A stretch of 64,000 nt of DNA from a virus. Under the pieces are notes generated by a model, which was given only the letters and a program-made list of their open reading frames with translations, was not told the origin of the DNA and made no database searches. Below are positions 27,140 through 36,965 of the stretch, piece by piece (within the stretch, counting starts at the first letter, position 1; each line of letters opens with the position of its first letter). Where the stretch lies: IMG/VR virus record IMGVR_UViG_3300047160_018755, positions 32,001-96,000 of that record; one strand, given 5' to 3'. Position numbers and translations under genes: made by a program.

Positions 27140-28666
27140 ATGGAAAGTGAACGGAAGTGGTCGACGCAGCAGGGCGCGATTTTCGCGTGGCTGGCCGCAT
27201 GCCGCGTTGTGGCGACGGCGCTGCGCCACCTGGTGGTCCGTGCACGGGCAGGCACGGGCAAGACGACCACCATCCTGGAAGGCGTCAAGCGGGTGCCGAA
27301 GACGCTGCGCGTCATCGTCTGCGCGTTCAACACGCGTATCCGGAAGGAGCTTGTGACGCGGCTCGACAAGCTGCAAGCGCAGGGCGAGTGCCGCAACGTC
27401 GAGGCCCGCACGCTGCACAGCATCGGCCTCCTGTTCCTGGCCGGCGCGTGGGGCCGGCTCGACTCGGACCACAGCGCCGAGGTTGACCGCGACCGTGCAC
27501 GCGACGCGGCCGGCCACAACGCGCCCGACGAGGTCGTGACGCTGGTCGTCAAGCTGGCCTCGCTGGTCAAAAACGTGCTGCCGTTCGCTGGCCCGGAGCA
27601 GCTGGCCGACGTCGTCGCCCTGGCGCGTCAATTCGACCTGGAACCGTCCGACGAGGACGCCGAGGCCGGATGGACCGTGGAACGGCTCGCGCGGTGCGCT
27701 GGGAAGGCCGCCGACGCTGCGACCGAGCGCGACCCCAAGGGCCGTATCTCCTTCGACGACATGGTTTTCGTCCCCCTGGTCAACGGCTACGCTCGCCCGC
27801 GCTGGGACGTCGTAATCGTCGACGAGGCCCAGGACATGAACGCGGCGCAGCTTGCCCTGGCGCAGCGCGTGGTGACGCCCGGCGGCTCTATCGTGGTGGT
27901 CGGCGACGACAAGCAGGCGATTTACGGGTTTCGCGGCGCCGACGCGGGCAGTCTCGACCGGTTGAAGGCCGAGCTTTCGGCCGAGGAGCTTGGACTCACC
28001 GTGACGTACCGGTGCGGCAAGAAAATCGTCGAGGTGGCGCGGGCCCTGGTCCCGGACTTCACGGCGTACGAGGGCAACGCCGAGGGCATCGTCGACAGCA
28101 TCGCCACGCCGGCCATTTTCGAGCAGGCGCAGGTCGGGGACTTCGTCCTGTCGCGTAAGAACGCGCCGCTGTTGGCGCTGGCGCTGGGATTCATCAAGCG
28201 CGGCGTGCGGGCTCGCATCGAGGGGCGGGACATCGGCCGCATGCTGCGCAGCATCGTCGCCGGTCTCAAGGCGCGCACGGTCCCGGAGTACCTGACCAAG
28301 GCGCAGAAGTGGGGCGAGAAGGCGTCTAAGCGCTGCGCTCGCATCGAGTCCCCGGAGGTCCGGGAGGCCAAGCTGGCCGAGGTGGCCGACCAGGTCGAGG
28401 TGTTGGTCGCGCTGGCCGAGGGCGCGGCGAACGTCTCCGACATCCTGCTGCGCTGCGATACGCTCTTCGGCGACGACACGGGCGAGCCCCGCAAGCACGT
28501 CGTGCTCTCTTCGGTGCACAAGGCCAAGGGGCTTGAGGCGGACCGGGTCTTTATCCTCGCGGACACCGTGTCGACGCGGTCCGTCGAAGAGTCGAATATC
28601 TACTACGTCGCGGTGACGCGGGCCATCAAGCACCTCACGTGGGTGGTCGGCGAGGTCAAGAAGTAA
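27140..28666 (+). CDS. UvrD/Rep superfamily 1 helicase
   Basis: ARAGTGKT, DEAQD, QAIYGFRGA, SVHKAKGLE, YVAVTRA. Confidence 0.95.
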   Translation: MESERKWSTQQGAIFAWLAACRVVATALRHLVVRARAGTGKTTTILEGVKRVPKTLRVIVCAFNTRIRKELVTRLDKLQAQGECRNVEARTLHSIGLLFLAGAWGRLDSDHSAEVDRDRARDAAGHNAPDEVVTLVVKLASLVKNVLPFAGPEQLADVVALARQFDLEPSDEDAEAGWTVERLARCAGKAADAATERDPKGRISFDDMVFVPLVNGYARPRWDVVIVDEAQDMNAAQLALAQRVVTPGGSIVVVGDDKQAIYGFRGADAGSLDRLKAELSAEELGLTVTYRCGKKIVEVARALVPDFTAYEGNAEGIVDSIATPAIFEQAQVGDFVLSRKNAPLLALALGFIKRGVRARIEGRDIGRMLRSIVAGLKARTVPEYLTKAQKWGEKASKRCARIESPEVREAKLAEVADQVEVLVALAEGAANVSDILLRCDTLFGDDTGEPRKHVVLSSVHKAKGLEADRVFILADTVSTRSVEESNIYYVAVTRAIKHLTWVVGEVKK

Positions 28667-28687
28667 CGTAAGCTGGAGTACATAAGT

Positions 28688-28713
28688 CGGCCCGGACAGC
28701 CGGGCCGCCTTTT
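28688..28713 (+). terminator. Rho-independent terminator
   Basis: CGGCCCGG-ACAG-CCGGGCCG then TTTT. Confidence 0.65.
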
Positions 28714-28741
28714 GTAACCCATCTCACAGGAGAAAACGAAC

Positions 28742-29116
28742 ATGGCCAAGCACAAGCGGCACAACTTCCGGGCGGTCGAGAAGTACCAGGCGCAGCTGCG
28801 CGACGCGCACCGTCAATTCAGCGCGAAGCGTCAGCTGTGGGAGGTCCTGGCCGAGGCCCGCCGCGTCATCCTCGACGAGGCGGCCGGCGTCCTGACGCAG
28901 TCGGACTACGGCGAGGTCAAGGGCTACGGGCGGGCGTGCTGGGATGCGTCGTGGGACACCCTGACCTGGCGGCTGGGCCACGAGGACGCCGCCGCGTCGC
29001 GCCCCGCGCGCACGCCGGCAGACGCTGGCGGCTGGGACTACTCCACGGGCGCGCCCACCTTCGGCGGGCACTTCCACCCGACGGGCGAGCTTGCAACCCA
29101 CTGGGCGAAACTGTAA
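28742..29116 (+). CDS. Hypothetical protein
   Basis: AGGAG SD. Confidence 0.7.
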   Translation: MAKHKRHNFRAVEKYQAQLRDAHRQFSAKRQLWEVLAEARRVILDEAAGVLTQSDYGEVKGYGRACWDASWDTLTWRLGHEDAAASRPARTPADAGGWDYSTGAPTFGGHFHPTGELATHWAKL

Positions 29117-29130
29117 GGAGGCACACGAAC

Positions 29131-29520
29131 ATGGCACACTTCGTCAACGTCCCCACCTCGGCGCTCTGCGCGCGTCTGGAGGCCGCCGGCTTTACCCGGG
29201 GTGTCCAGGGTCGGGAGGTGTTCTACGAACGCCGCCACGCGCACGAGAGCCGCCTTTCCGTGCGCGTCTACACGTCGGCCTCGGACGGCTCGACCGAGGC
29301 CCGCGACTGCGGCGACGACGCAATCCGCGTCATCGCCCAGTTTCAGTGGCGCCACGCGTCAGGCGAGGTGCGTCGGAAAAACCTGTTCAAGGCGAAGGTG
29401 CTCCGCGTCACGTCCGTGGAGGGCGTGCTGGAGCGCATGATCAACGCGGCGCGTGAAGGCTACGCGGCGTGCAACCAGTATCTCAAGACGAACATTCGTA
29501 AGGAGGGACACAATGTCTGA
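29131..29520 (+). CDS. Hypothetical protein
   Basis: SD cassette. Confidence 0.75.
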   Translation: MAHFVNVPTSALCARLEAAGFTRGVQGREVFYERRHAHESRLSVRVYTSASDGSTEARDCGDDAIRVIAQFQWRHASGEVRRKNLFKAKVLRVTSVEGVLERMINAAREGYAACNQYLKTNIRKEGHNV

Positions 29521-29713
29521 GTACGTTGTCATCGACGCGGCGGGCCGGTTCCTGGGCTACGGCCCCAAGGCCTGGCACGCGGAGTTCCCGGAGGCGCGCA
29601 CGTTCGAGGACCGCGCGAAGGCTCTCGCCGCCGCGCGTCACACGAAGACGCTGTGCGAGGTGGTCGAGGACTACGGCCTCGACACGCAGCGCAGCATCGA
29701 AACTGTCGGCTGA
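29513..29713 (+). CDS. Hypothetical protein
   Basis: SD cassette. Confidence 0.7.
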   Translation: MSEYVVIDAAGRFLGYGPKAWHAEFPEARTFEDRAKALAAARHTKTLCEVVEDYGLDTQRSIETVG

Positions 29714-29746
29714 AACAACAACGCAACGAAACGTAAGGAGGATCAC

Positions 29747-30298
29747 ATGTCCATCTCGAATGAAACCCGCATCCTGACCGAGCGCGCCATCGTCCGCGCC
29801 CTCATCGAGAACCTGGCCCGTGCAGGATTCGTGCCCGTCTGCGCTTGGAACGGCGACGAGTACGCGCCATGGGGCAAGCAACGCCGCGAGCTTCCGGAGT
29901 GCTTCGAGCCCCGGCCCCTGACCGTCGAGGAGGCGCTGGCCGAGGTGTTCAGCGTCGACGACAGCACGCTGCACTTCGCGCCGGCCGGCGACACGGCGGC
30001 CTGGGGGAACCTCGGCGTCTTCCTCGTGGGCGGCAACGGCAACGACATCATCAGCGACTACCACTGCGGCAACGCGTCATTCGCCAAGGCGGTCGACGAA
30101 ATTTGCCTCAACGTCGAGGACTTGCTGCGCGTCGACATCTCCCTGGCCGCCTTCGTGCCGTGCGAGGTGCGCGGCCCCAAGGGAGAGCAGTGCAGCCGGC
30201 CGCAGGGCCACGCGTACGAGCCCGACCCTCGCACGTACGGCGACCGCACGACGCTCTGCGGCGAGGTCCACACGAGCAAAGACCACGACCGCTGGTAG
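29747..30298 (+). CDS. Hypothetical protein
   Basis: SD cassette. Confidence 0.75.
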   Translation: MSISNETRILTERAIVRALIENLARAGFVPVCAWNGDEYAPWGKQRRELPECFEPRPLTVEEALAEVFSVDDSTLHFAPAGDTAAWGNLGVFLVGGNGNDIISDYHCGNASFAKAVDEICLNVEDLLRVDISLAAFVPCEVRGPKGEQCSRPQGHAYEPDPRTYGDRTTLCGEVHTSKDHDRW

Positions 30299-30388
30299 CA
30301 GCACCGCGTCAAGGGGCCGGCCCCTTGCCAGGTTCGAGGCCTGGTTGACGCACGAACCCGTGTCACAAACAAACGTAAGGAGGATCAC

Positions 30389-30604
30389 ATGACGAAGAAA
30401 GCGTATTGGGTTTGGTGGACGTACAGCGCGAACTACGGCGGCCCCAAGCGTGTCGAGGCGAACGACGCCGCGCACGCGGTGCAGGTGGCCGTGGGCTTCT
30501 ACAGCGACGACTTTCGCACGAAGGGGACCGCGTACGTGTCGACAGAGCGCCCGGAGGTGTTCCAGGGTGACCTGCTCGTGCGCGCGTGCAAGGAGGGTGC
30601 GTAG
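30389..30604 (+). CDS. Hypothetical protein
   Basis: SD cassette. Confidence 0.75.
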   Translation: MTKKAYWVWWTYSANYGGPKRVEANDAAHAVQVAVGFYSDDFRTKGTAYVSTERPEVFQGDLLVRACKEGA

Positions 30605-30710
30605 GGATCTACGCGGGCGTGTAACGCCCCACGCAGTCAAACCCGTGTTGACCGCGTAGGGCGCTACGCACCAAAGCTTGTAAGTCCTTGATTTCTGGTG
30701 CGGCAGTCGT

Positions 30711-30728
30711 TGGCACGATTCGTGGATA
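30711..30728 (+). promoter_or_regulatory. sigma54-like box with variant -12
   Basis: TGGCACG-ATTC-GTGGATA upstream of 30747. Confidence 0.55.
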
Positions 30729-30746
30729 TAGTCTGGGCAGGAGGGA

Positions 30747-30980
30747 ATGATGCAGAGGAAAATCGAGACGCAGACCGGTGACGTGGAGGCCTTCGAGGTG
30801 CAGAGCATCGAGGCGCGGCGCTCCCTGGTGCGGGTCTTCGACCACGACTCCGAGGAAACGCCCCTCATCACGGCGCGTCTTCTCCCCAGCGAGGCCATCA
30901 AGCTCGCGCGCGCCCTGCTCGACTCGGTCGACGTCGGCGTGAAGACGGGCAACCACACCACCTACACCTTCATCGATTGA
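30747..30980 (+). CDS. Hypothetical protein
   Basis: AGGAGG SD. Confidence 0.7.
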   Translation: MMQRKIETQTGDVEAFEVQSIEARRSLVRVFDHDSEETPLITARLLPSEAIKLARALLDSVDVGVKTGNHTTYTFID

Positions 30981-30990
30981 GGAGACCGCC

Positions 30991-31482
30991 ATGCCCACGA
31001 CGCACACCATCATCAGCTACAAGTACAACGAGCTTGGGCCCACGGCGCAGGAGGTCGCGCGCGACTGGTACCGCCAGGGTGCGCTCGACTACGACTGGTG
31101 GGACAGCGTCTACGACGACGCGGAGCGCATCGGCCTGAAAATCACGGGCTTCGACCTGGGGCGCCGGCAGGAGTGCAGCGGCCGGTTCGAGACCAGCGCT
31201 CGCGGCGTGGCGCAGGCCATCGTGAAGGAACACGGCGAGGGCACGGATACGCGCAAGCTCGCCGAGGCCTTCCTGTCCGAGACCACCGAGGACGCCGACA
31301 CCTACGGCGAAGACGTCGAGGCCTTCCACCGCGACCTGCTGCGCTGCTACTGGTCGATCCTCGACCGTGAGGCGGATTACCTCACCAGCGACGAGTGCAT
31401 CGCCGAGAACATCGAGGCGAACGAGTACGACTTCGACGTCAACGGGAATCGGTTCGTCTGCCACAACACCAGCTGCACGTAA
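30991..31482 (+). CDS. Acidic hypothetical protein
   Basis: DYDWWDSVYDD...DYLTSDE..IEANEYDF pattern recalled from phage/plasmid proteins. Confidence 0.7.
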   Translation: MPTTHTIISYKYNELGPTAQEVARDWYRQGALDYDWWDSVYDDAERIGLKITGFDLGRRQECSGRFETSARGVAQAIVKEHGEGTDTRKLAEAFLSETTEDADTYGEDVEAFHRDLLRCYWSILDREADYLTSDECIAENIEANEYDFDVNGNRFVCHNTSCT

Positions 31483-31492
31483 GGAGGATCAC

Positions 31493-31762
31493 ATGGAAAT
31501 CACCGTCCGCAACAACGACGTCAAGGGCATCGAGCGCACCCTGTCCGACCGGGAGGCGTCCACCATCGCCAACGCCCTGCGCGTGGCGCGCGACCGCTAC
31601 AAGCAGGACGCCGTGCAGTGTCGCCTGGCCCGCGACGAGGAGAAGGCCGAGCAGAACGCGCCCGCGTGGGCGGGGGCCGCCTACGAGCGCCTGGCCAAGC
31701 AGTTCGACCAGCAGGCCAAGGACTGCGACGCGCTGTTCCAGAGCATCGACTTCGACTTCTGA
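31493..31762 (+). CDS. Hypothetical protein
   Basis: SD cassette. Confidence 0.7.
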   Translation: MEITVRNNDVKGIERTLSDREASTIANALRVARDRYKQDAVQCRLARDEEKAEQNAPAWAGAAYERLAKQFDQQAKDCDALFQSIDFDF

Positions 31763-31779
31763 ACTGTAAGGGAGCCCAC

Positions 31780-31983
31780 ATGACCAAGGAGATGAGAAAC
31801 GCCATCGTCGCCCACGTCGAGACGGCCGAGAGGGCCATCTACGAGGCCCGCGCCCTCGTGGCCGAGGACGACGACGTGCTCAAGGACACCGACAACGCCA
31901 TCGCCTACGGGCGCCTCGACTCGGCGCACGACTTGCTCGACCGGCTGCGCGGGCACATCAAGTACATCATCGCGAAACCGTAA
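31780..31983 (+). CDS. Hypothetical protein
   Basis: SD cassette variant. Confidence 0.7.
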   Translation: MTKEMRNAIVAHVETAERAIYEARALVAEDDDVLKDTDNAIAYGRLDSAHDLLDRLRGHIKYIIAKP

Positions 31984-31993
31984 GGAGGATCAC

Positions 31994-32371
31994 ATGTCTG
32001 CTCCAACCATTCCCTGCCGCTGCCCCGGCCCCTGCGAGGCGCGCGTCGAGTACGAGCCCGAATTCGAGGGCGACGACGGCACGAACCACTGCCTCTACTG
32101 CCCGCGCTGCGAGGAGGCGGGATGCGACATCGGCGACTTCGACCCGAGGAGTCAGAAACGCCAGGTCATCCCGTGCCGCGCCGACGTGCAGGACGAGGAG
32201 GACCGCCAGCAGGCCATCGAAGACGCGCGCCTGGACGCCGAGGACGCGTGCGTGCCTTGCCCTAAGTGCAACGGCACGGCCTACCCGCTGGGCAAGCTGG
32301 GGCGGCTCACGCACTACCGGTGCCGCGACTGCGGCGCCGACAGCAACAGCGACGGCGAGTACGAGGCCTAA
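31994..32371 (+). CDS. Zinc-ribbon protein
   Basis: CPRC, CPKC...CRDC. Confidence 0.7.
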   Translation: MSAPTIPCRCPGPCEARVEYEPEFEGDDGTNHCLYCPRCEEAGCDIGDFDPRSQKRQVIPCRADVQDEEDRQQAIEDARLDAEDACVPCPKCNGTAYPLGKLGRLTHYRCRDCGADSNSDGEYEA

Positions 32372-32391
32372 ACCTGTAAGGAGGAATACCG

Positions 32392-32664
32392 ATGTGGTAC
32401 GACGAGAATGACGACGCGCATTTCGTGCCGGCCAGCACTCAGGACCTGATTCGTGAGCAGGCTTACTACGATGGGCACTTCTGCCCGGAGAAGGCGTGGC
32501 TGCTCTCGGACTTCGACACCTGGGAGCGTAATCCCCACTACAAGGGCGAGCCCGTGCCGCACCCGGACGCGGACCTGGCCGACAACGAGGAGGCGCAGGC
32601 CGAGGTGCCCAAGGTTGCAAACTGGGTGCCATTCTTCGAGGGCGAAGATGACCTCCCCTTCTGA
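32392..32664 (+). CDS. Acidic hypothetical protein
   Basis: SD cassette; AWLLSDFDTWERNPHYKG. Confidence 0.7.
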   Translation: MWYDENDDAHFVPASTQDLIREQAYYDGHFCPEKAWLLSDFDTWERNPHYKGEPVPHPDADLADNEEAQAEVPKVANWVPFFEGEDDLPF

Positions 32665-32989
32665 CGCGCTGTGTGAGGAGACCGGGCGCCCACACAACTA
32701 CACCGCCGACCTGGAGTACGACGCGACGGGTCAGACCATCAACTGCGAGGACTGCGGCGAGCCGCAGCCGCAGGACGCCGGCAACTACGGTGACGCGACG
32801 TTCCGCAAGCTGATGGACCTCGGCCTGCTGCTGCAAGACGGGGACCAAATGGTGGGCCTCAAGCTGTTCCTGGGCAGCATGGACCTGGAGACGCCAGCGC
32901 TACGCAAACTTCGTGCCGAGATCGAGAAGTTCACCGCCCGCATCGAGGGCCTGACGCAGGCGGCCAAGGTCGCCACGGGAATGGAGTGA
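32648..32989 (+). CDS. Hypothetical protein
   Basis: Co-oriented run. Confidence 0.6.
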   Translation: MTSPSDALCEETGRPHNYTADLEYDATGQTINCEDCGEPQPQDAGNYGDATFRKLMDLGLLLQDGDQMVGLKLFLGSMDLETPALRKLRAEIEKFTARIEGLTQAAKVATGME

Positions 32990-33261
32990 CGCACGTGGAC
33001 ATCCGAGCGCAGCAATACGCCCGCCTGCTCGACCACGCCCACGCCGAGGCGCTGGCCCGGTCGCGTCTGTTCATCGGGTACCGGCGCCTCACCACAGTGG
33101 CCCTGGTTCGCATCAGGGACGCGCAGGACGAGTGTGAGCGCGACCGCTGCGCCCGTGTGGTCGGCTACCTCGCGCGGCGGCTTGCCCGCGAGCAGACGCG
33201 CCTCGACGAGGTGTTCTCTCACTTCCAGGATGGTGCGCAAGGATCTGCGCACCCTGCGTAA
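32986..33261 (+). CDS. Hypothetical protein
   Basis: GTGA overlap. Confidence 0.55.
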   Translation: MTHVDIRAQQYARLLDHAHAEALARSRLFIGYRRLTTVALVRIRDAQDECERDRCARVVGYLARRLAREQTRLDEVFSHFQDGAQGSAHPA

Positions 33262-33335
33262 CGAACTACGCAGAAAATCGCGCAGCGATCTACGCAGTCG
33301 GGGATCGAAACCGCACAGAATCAAGGCTTCGAGGT

Positions 33336-33353
33336 TGGCACGAAACGTGGATA
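33336..33353 (+). promoter_or_regulatory. sigma54-like box with variant -12
   Basis: TGGCACG-AAAC-GTGGATA upstream of 33377. Confidence 0.55.
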
Positions 33354-33376
33354 TCTCTGAGGCAGGAGGCAACGAA

Positions 33377-33826
33377 ATGACGCGGACCAGGACAGACCGA
33401 TGGCACAACACGGGCGGCAACGGGCCGGCCGAGGCGGTGTGGTGCCGCAGCCGCAAGGGCCGCTCTGCGGTCGTGCAGGTGTACAGGTCCCACGACCTGC
33501 ACGCCGCCAAGACCTGCGTCCTGGAGCGCTGGGAGAACTTCAAGCAGACCGCCGTGGCAATCAGCGGTCTCTCGTTCAAGACCGCCAAGCGCCTCGGCGA
33601 CGAGTTCCTCGGCGTCAAGCCGCGCAAGAGCCGCGCGGGCCTCAAGAAGTTCAGCGTCGTCGGCTTCTATGTCGACAACAACCAGCCGCTCATCAGCTGG
33701 GAAACGTGCCTGACGCCGCAGGAGGCGGCGCAGAAGGCAAAGTACCGCCGCGATTCCGAGGTCAAGGTCGTGGAAGTTCTCCACGGTCACCGCAAGGGAA
33801 TTCTCACCAACGACGAGGTGCTGTGA
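33377..33826 (+). CDS. Hypothetical protein
   Basis: AGGAGG SD. Confidence 0.7.
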   Translation: MTRTRTDRWHNTGGNGPAEAVWCRSRKGRSAVVQVYRSHDLHAAKTCVLERWENFKQTAVAISGLSFKTAKRLGDEFLGVKPRKSRAGLKKFSVVGFYVDNNQPLISWETCLTPQEAAQKAKYRRDSEVKVVEVLHGHRKGILTNDEVL

Positions 33827-34527
33827 TGGCTACGGACTGGAAGAAGAGAGACGAGGAAGAGCGCAGCGAGCGCATCACCCTACACGACCTTGTGGGGCCG
33901 CTGGCCCAGCTACTGGGCGCCGGCTGGAGTGTCGAGGCGCCGCGCGAGGACGAGCCGAGCCTCCCGTCGTACTACACCCTGCACGGCCCGGACGGGGCCG
34001 AGCTTGGTCTGTCTGGCGGCACGTGGGGCAGCAAGGGCAAAATCACCATCACGGCGCACTTCAACGACCGCAAGGACGGCGTCACGTTCTGGTACCTGCC
34101 GTACAAGGTCGAGCGCCCGTCTATCTCTGTCACGGGCACTCGCGGCGCCCTCGTCGTCGCCAAGGAAATCGCCCGCCGCCTCCTGCCCGACTACATGCCT
34201 CTGCTCATCTCGTGCAACGAGGCGCGCGCCCGGTGGGAGACCCGCAAGCGCAACGGGCACGCCGTGGCCGTGAGCCTGGCCCACTACATCGGCGCGGCCG
34301 AGGCCAACATCGAGAGCGATGTGCGCAACAGCGACGGCAGCACGTACAAAATCAACGTCTACCGGTCGGAGGCCCTGGCCGGCTCCCACGTCGACGTCAA
34401 GGTGCGCGGCTCCGAGGACTCCGAGCAGAGCGTCCGCATCGACAACATCGACGTGCCGCCCCACGTGGCCGCCGAGCTTCTGGCGGTCCTGGTCCGCCAC
34501 CATCACGCCGTCAAAGAGGAGGACTAG
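33826..34527 (+). CDS. Hypothetical protein
   Basis: TGATG overlap. Confidence 0.7.
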   Translation: MATDWKKRDEEERSERITLHDLVGPLAQLLGAGWSVEAPREDEPSLPSYYTLHGPDGAELGLSGGTWGSKGKITITAHFNDRKDGVTFWYLPYKVERPSISVTGTRGALVVAKEIARRLLPDYMPLLISCNEARARWETRKRNGHAVAVSLAHYIGAAEANIESDVRNSDGSTYKINVYRSEALAGSHVDVKVRGSEDSEQSVRIDNIDVPPHVAAELLAVLVRHHHAVKEED

Positions 34528-34758
34528 ATGCCGCTCATCAACCTGACCCCGTCCGAGGCCTGCTATCTGGCGGTCCTCGTGCGCGACCACGCCAACACCC
34601 CCGAGCGCCGGGCCATCTCTCCATCCGATGAGGCCGCCAACCGACAGCGTGACCTCGATCTGGCACTGGCGCACAAGCTCCTGGCCTCGGACGTGGCCTG
34701 CCGCCACTGCGCCGGGCTGCCCGGCTCCCCCTGCGAATACCACGAAAGGACCCGCTAA
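34528..34758 (+). CDS. Hypothetical protein (C-terminal CxxC)
   Basis: GGAGG SD. Confidence 0.65.
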   Translation: MPLINLTPSEACYLAVLVRDHANTPERRAISPSDEAANRQRDLDLALAHKLLASDVACRHCAGLPGSPCEYHERTR

Positions 34759-34759
34759 C

Positions 34760-34981
34760 ATGAGCGCAGCCATCGCCATCGATCTGTCCGAGGATGACAG
34801 CACGCCCATCCTGAGCGCCGAGACCCTCGCCTGGCTCGACGAGGAGGAGGAAACCGAGCTTCAGAAGCTCGCCCGCCTGGGGGCGCCCGTGGCCCTCATC
34901 TTCGCGCACCAGTGCGTCAGCAACGACGCCGGGTGGTGCACCGCCTGCCTCCGCTACCAGGCGGCCGGGGGTGCGCTGTGA
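34760..34981 (+). CDS. Hypothetical protein
   Basis: GAAAGGA SD. Confidence 0.6.
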   Translation: MSAAIAIDLSEDDSTPILSAETLAWLDEEEETELQKLARLGAPVALIFAHQCVSNDAGWCTACLRYQAAGGAL

Positions 34982-35433
34982 TTCGCTTCGGGCTGCACCT
35001 GTACCGCAATCTCTCCGACCTGGAGGGCGAGGGCCACAAGAGTCTCACGCCCGTTCGCCTTCAGGGCGAAACCACGAACGAGGAGTCCCTGCGCGCCATC
35101 CTCGACGGCGCTCTGGACGCCTACGGCACGAGCCTGAAGGACTTCGACCACCGCAGCGACGGGTGGGACCTCCGCCACCGCCAAGCGCGCTTCGCCAACT
35201 ACGTGGGCGCGCAGGAGGACGGCACCATCGACCCCGAGGGTACGTGGACCCTGGAGTTCGATCTGTTCGTGGCCGTCGTGGGCCACGACGGCACCCCCTA
35301 CCAGTGCCCCACCTTCGGCTGCCCCGAGGCGGACGACTGCGGTGTGGCCTGGGAGCCCGAGGACGAGGCGGCCGTCAAGGCCGGCCAGTTCGAGCCCAGC
35401 GAGTGTCTGGGCAAAGAGTGGACCGCCCGCTAA
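34978..35433 (+). CDS. Hypothetical acidic protein
   Basis: GTGA overlap. Confidence 0.65.
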   Translation: MIRFGLHLYRNLSDLEGEGHKSLTPVRLQGETTNEESLRAILDGALDAYGTSLKDFDHRSDGWDLRHRQARFANYVGAQEDGTIDPEGTWTLEFDLFVAVVGHDGTPYQCPTFGCPEADDCGVAWEPEDEAAVKAGQFEPSECLGKEWTAR

Positions 35434-35454
35434 CCCCAGCAAGGATCAGACCAA

Positions 35455-35895
35455 ATGAAACTCTCCGACCTGACCGACAAGGCCGTCGTGCTCATCATCC
35501 AGCGCGACGTCAAGAACCCCAAGCCCGACCGGCGCAAGACCCGAGACTTCGCCTGCCTCGAAACCTGGAAGGCCGGCACCCGCCTGCTCTTCAAGAGGTC
35601 CCGAGCCCGCAACGAGGTGGGCCACGGCTACGTCGAGGCCAAGAGCCTCTACGGGTGGCTCACCGAGCGCGACCCCGGATTCGAGGCTCTCATCGATGCC
35701 TGCGAGAAGGCCCCCAGGACGCTCAGGAACGCGCTGTGGATCGCGGAGGAGGGCCGGGCCGTCACTCACCCCTCCGACGTCCTGGGCACGCTCCTGGTGC
35801 AGGGCAAGCTGTCCCTCGACGACATCGACGCCGCCGTCCTCGCCTACGAGGAGATGACCGAGGAAGAGCAAGACCACATCACCCACAAGCTGTAA
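35455..35895 (+). CDS. Hypothetical protein
   Basis: AAGGA SD; leader AACCCCAGCAAGGATCA resembles that of the next gene. Confidence 0.7.
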   Translation: MKLSDLTDKAVVLIIQRDVKNPKPDRRKTRDFACLETWKAGTRLLFKRSRARNEVGHGYVEAKSLYGWLTERDPGFEALIDACEKAPRTLRNALWIAEEGRAVTHPSDVLGTLLVQGKLSLDDIDAAVLAYEEMTEEEQDHITHKL

Positions 35896-35919
35896 ACCCC
35901 AAGCAAGGATCAAGCCATC

Positions 35920-36417
35920 ATGAAAACGACCATCCTGTTCCTCATCGCGCTCACCGTCGCCGCGTGCGACAACAGCCCTAACGACCCGCCCGTGACCCCC
36001 GTCCCCACCTGCGTGCCCGAGGGCATCGCCACCGGGGACACCTTCGAGGTCACGTCCTGCGGGGACGGCAAGACCGCCGCCTGCCGCATCAACGAGGTCG
36101 GCCCCGGCGGCGTCCTCGCCCCCTTGTGGGGATGCACCTACGGCGGCCTCCTCTGCGTCCAGGGCTGCGAGAGCGACGTCCAGCCCCCTTCGGACAAGCC
36201 GGCGCTCGATCCCTGCCTGTACGAGCTTACGAGCCGCTACCCGGACCACGACCAGGCATGCAAGTTGCTTCTCGATCCCAACTCCAAGGCATGCGCCGTC
36301 GAGTTGAGCTTCCCTGACGAGACTCTCGACCACCCGGCCGGGCCGGCGCTCTACAACGGCTGCGTGCACGCGGACGGCGTGTGCGTGCCTTCCTGCATCG
36401 GCCCCAACGGCATCTGA
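35920..36417 (+). CDS. Cys-rich lipoprotein
   Basis: Lipobox VAA-C; 12 Cys. Confidence 0.75.
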   Translation: MKTTILFLIALTVAACDNSPNDPPVTPVPTCVPEGIATGDTFEVTSCGDGKTAACRINEVGPGGVLAPLWGCTYGGLLCVQGCESDVQPPSDKPALDPCLYELTSRYPDHDQACKLLLDPNSKACAVELSFPDETLDHPAGPALYNGCVHADGVCVPSCIGPNGI

Positions 36418-36429
36418 AAGGAGATCATC

Positions 36430-36801
36430 ATGGCCACCACCTTCGTCACGCCCATGGTCCTCAAGGCCCGCAAGGCCTTGCGGCTCATCAACGCCCGCCT
36501 CAAGAAGGGGGACGTCAAGCTGGCCCCCGGCATCCCGTTCGATCGGCACGGCATGACCGTGTGCGCCCAGGCCGCCCTGGTGATCGCCCACAACCCCGAG
36601 GTCGACGCCGACACTGCCCTCCACGAGGACGAGCGCACCGTCGTCCAGATCTTGCGCGGGCACGGCTACACCCCGACCCAGATCGACCAGCTGGAGCTTG
36701 GCTTCGAGGACCGCTCCTACAGCTGGAACGGCAAGCCCCAGCCCAATCACCCCTTCTTCAAGCTCGGACGCAAGCTCCGGCTCCTGGCGAAGTCGTCATG
36801 A
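36430..36801 (+). CDS. Paralog family B protein
   Basis: VCAQAA...LGFED...FFKLGRKLR. Confidence 0.7.
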   Translation: MATTFVTPMVLKARKALRLINARLKKGDVKLAPGIPFDRHGMTVCAQAALVIAHNPEVDADTALHEDERTVVQILRGHGYTPTQIDQLELGFEDRSYSWNGKPQPNHPFFKLGRKLRLLAKSS

Positions 36802-36965
36802 GCAACATGGGCTACTGTCGCTTCCAGAACACCGTGGGCGACATGGAGGACTGCGTCGATCATCTCGACGACGATCTGTCCGAGGACGAGCAGGAGGCGC
36901 GCAGGGAGTTCATCTCGATCTGCGTGCGCGTCGCCTCAGACTACGGGGAGCTTGACGAGTCATGA
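36798..36965 (+). CDS. Small phage protein (MSNMxYCRFxNT type)
   Basis: Motif recalled from phage small proteins; ATGA overlap. Confidence 0.7.
   Translation: MSNMGYCRFQNTVGDMEDCVDHLDDDLSEDEQEARREFISICVRVASDYGELDES

Larger units (their letters stand above)
25320..32391 (+). repeat. Repeated translation-initiation cassette (C/T)GTAAGGAGG-(ATCAC/CCCAC)-ATG
   Basis: Eleven copies upstream of 25339, 25615, 25881, 29131, 29513, 29747, 30389, 31493, 31780, 31994, 32392. Confidence 0.85.

Noticed and set aside
26822-28633. Long antisense ORFs (also 6538-8016, 9474-10745, 59672-60961, 60961-63546)
   Set aside because: Mirror frames of real high-GC3 genes; no motifs
25320-32391. CRISPR or integron array
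   Set aside because: Repeat is an SD-containing leader spaced by whole genes; not palindromic, no attC structure, no cas genes
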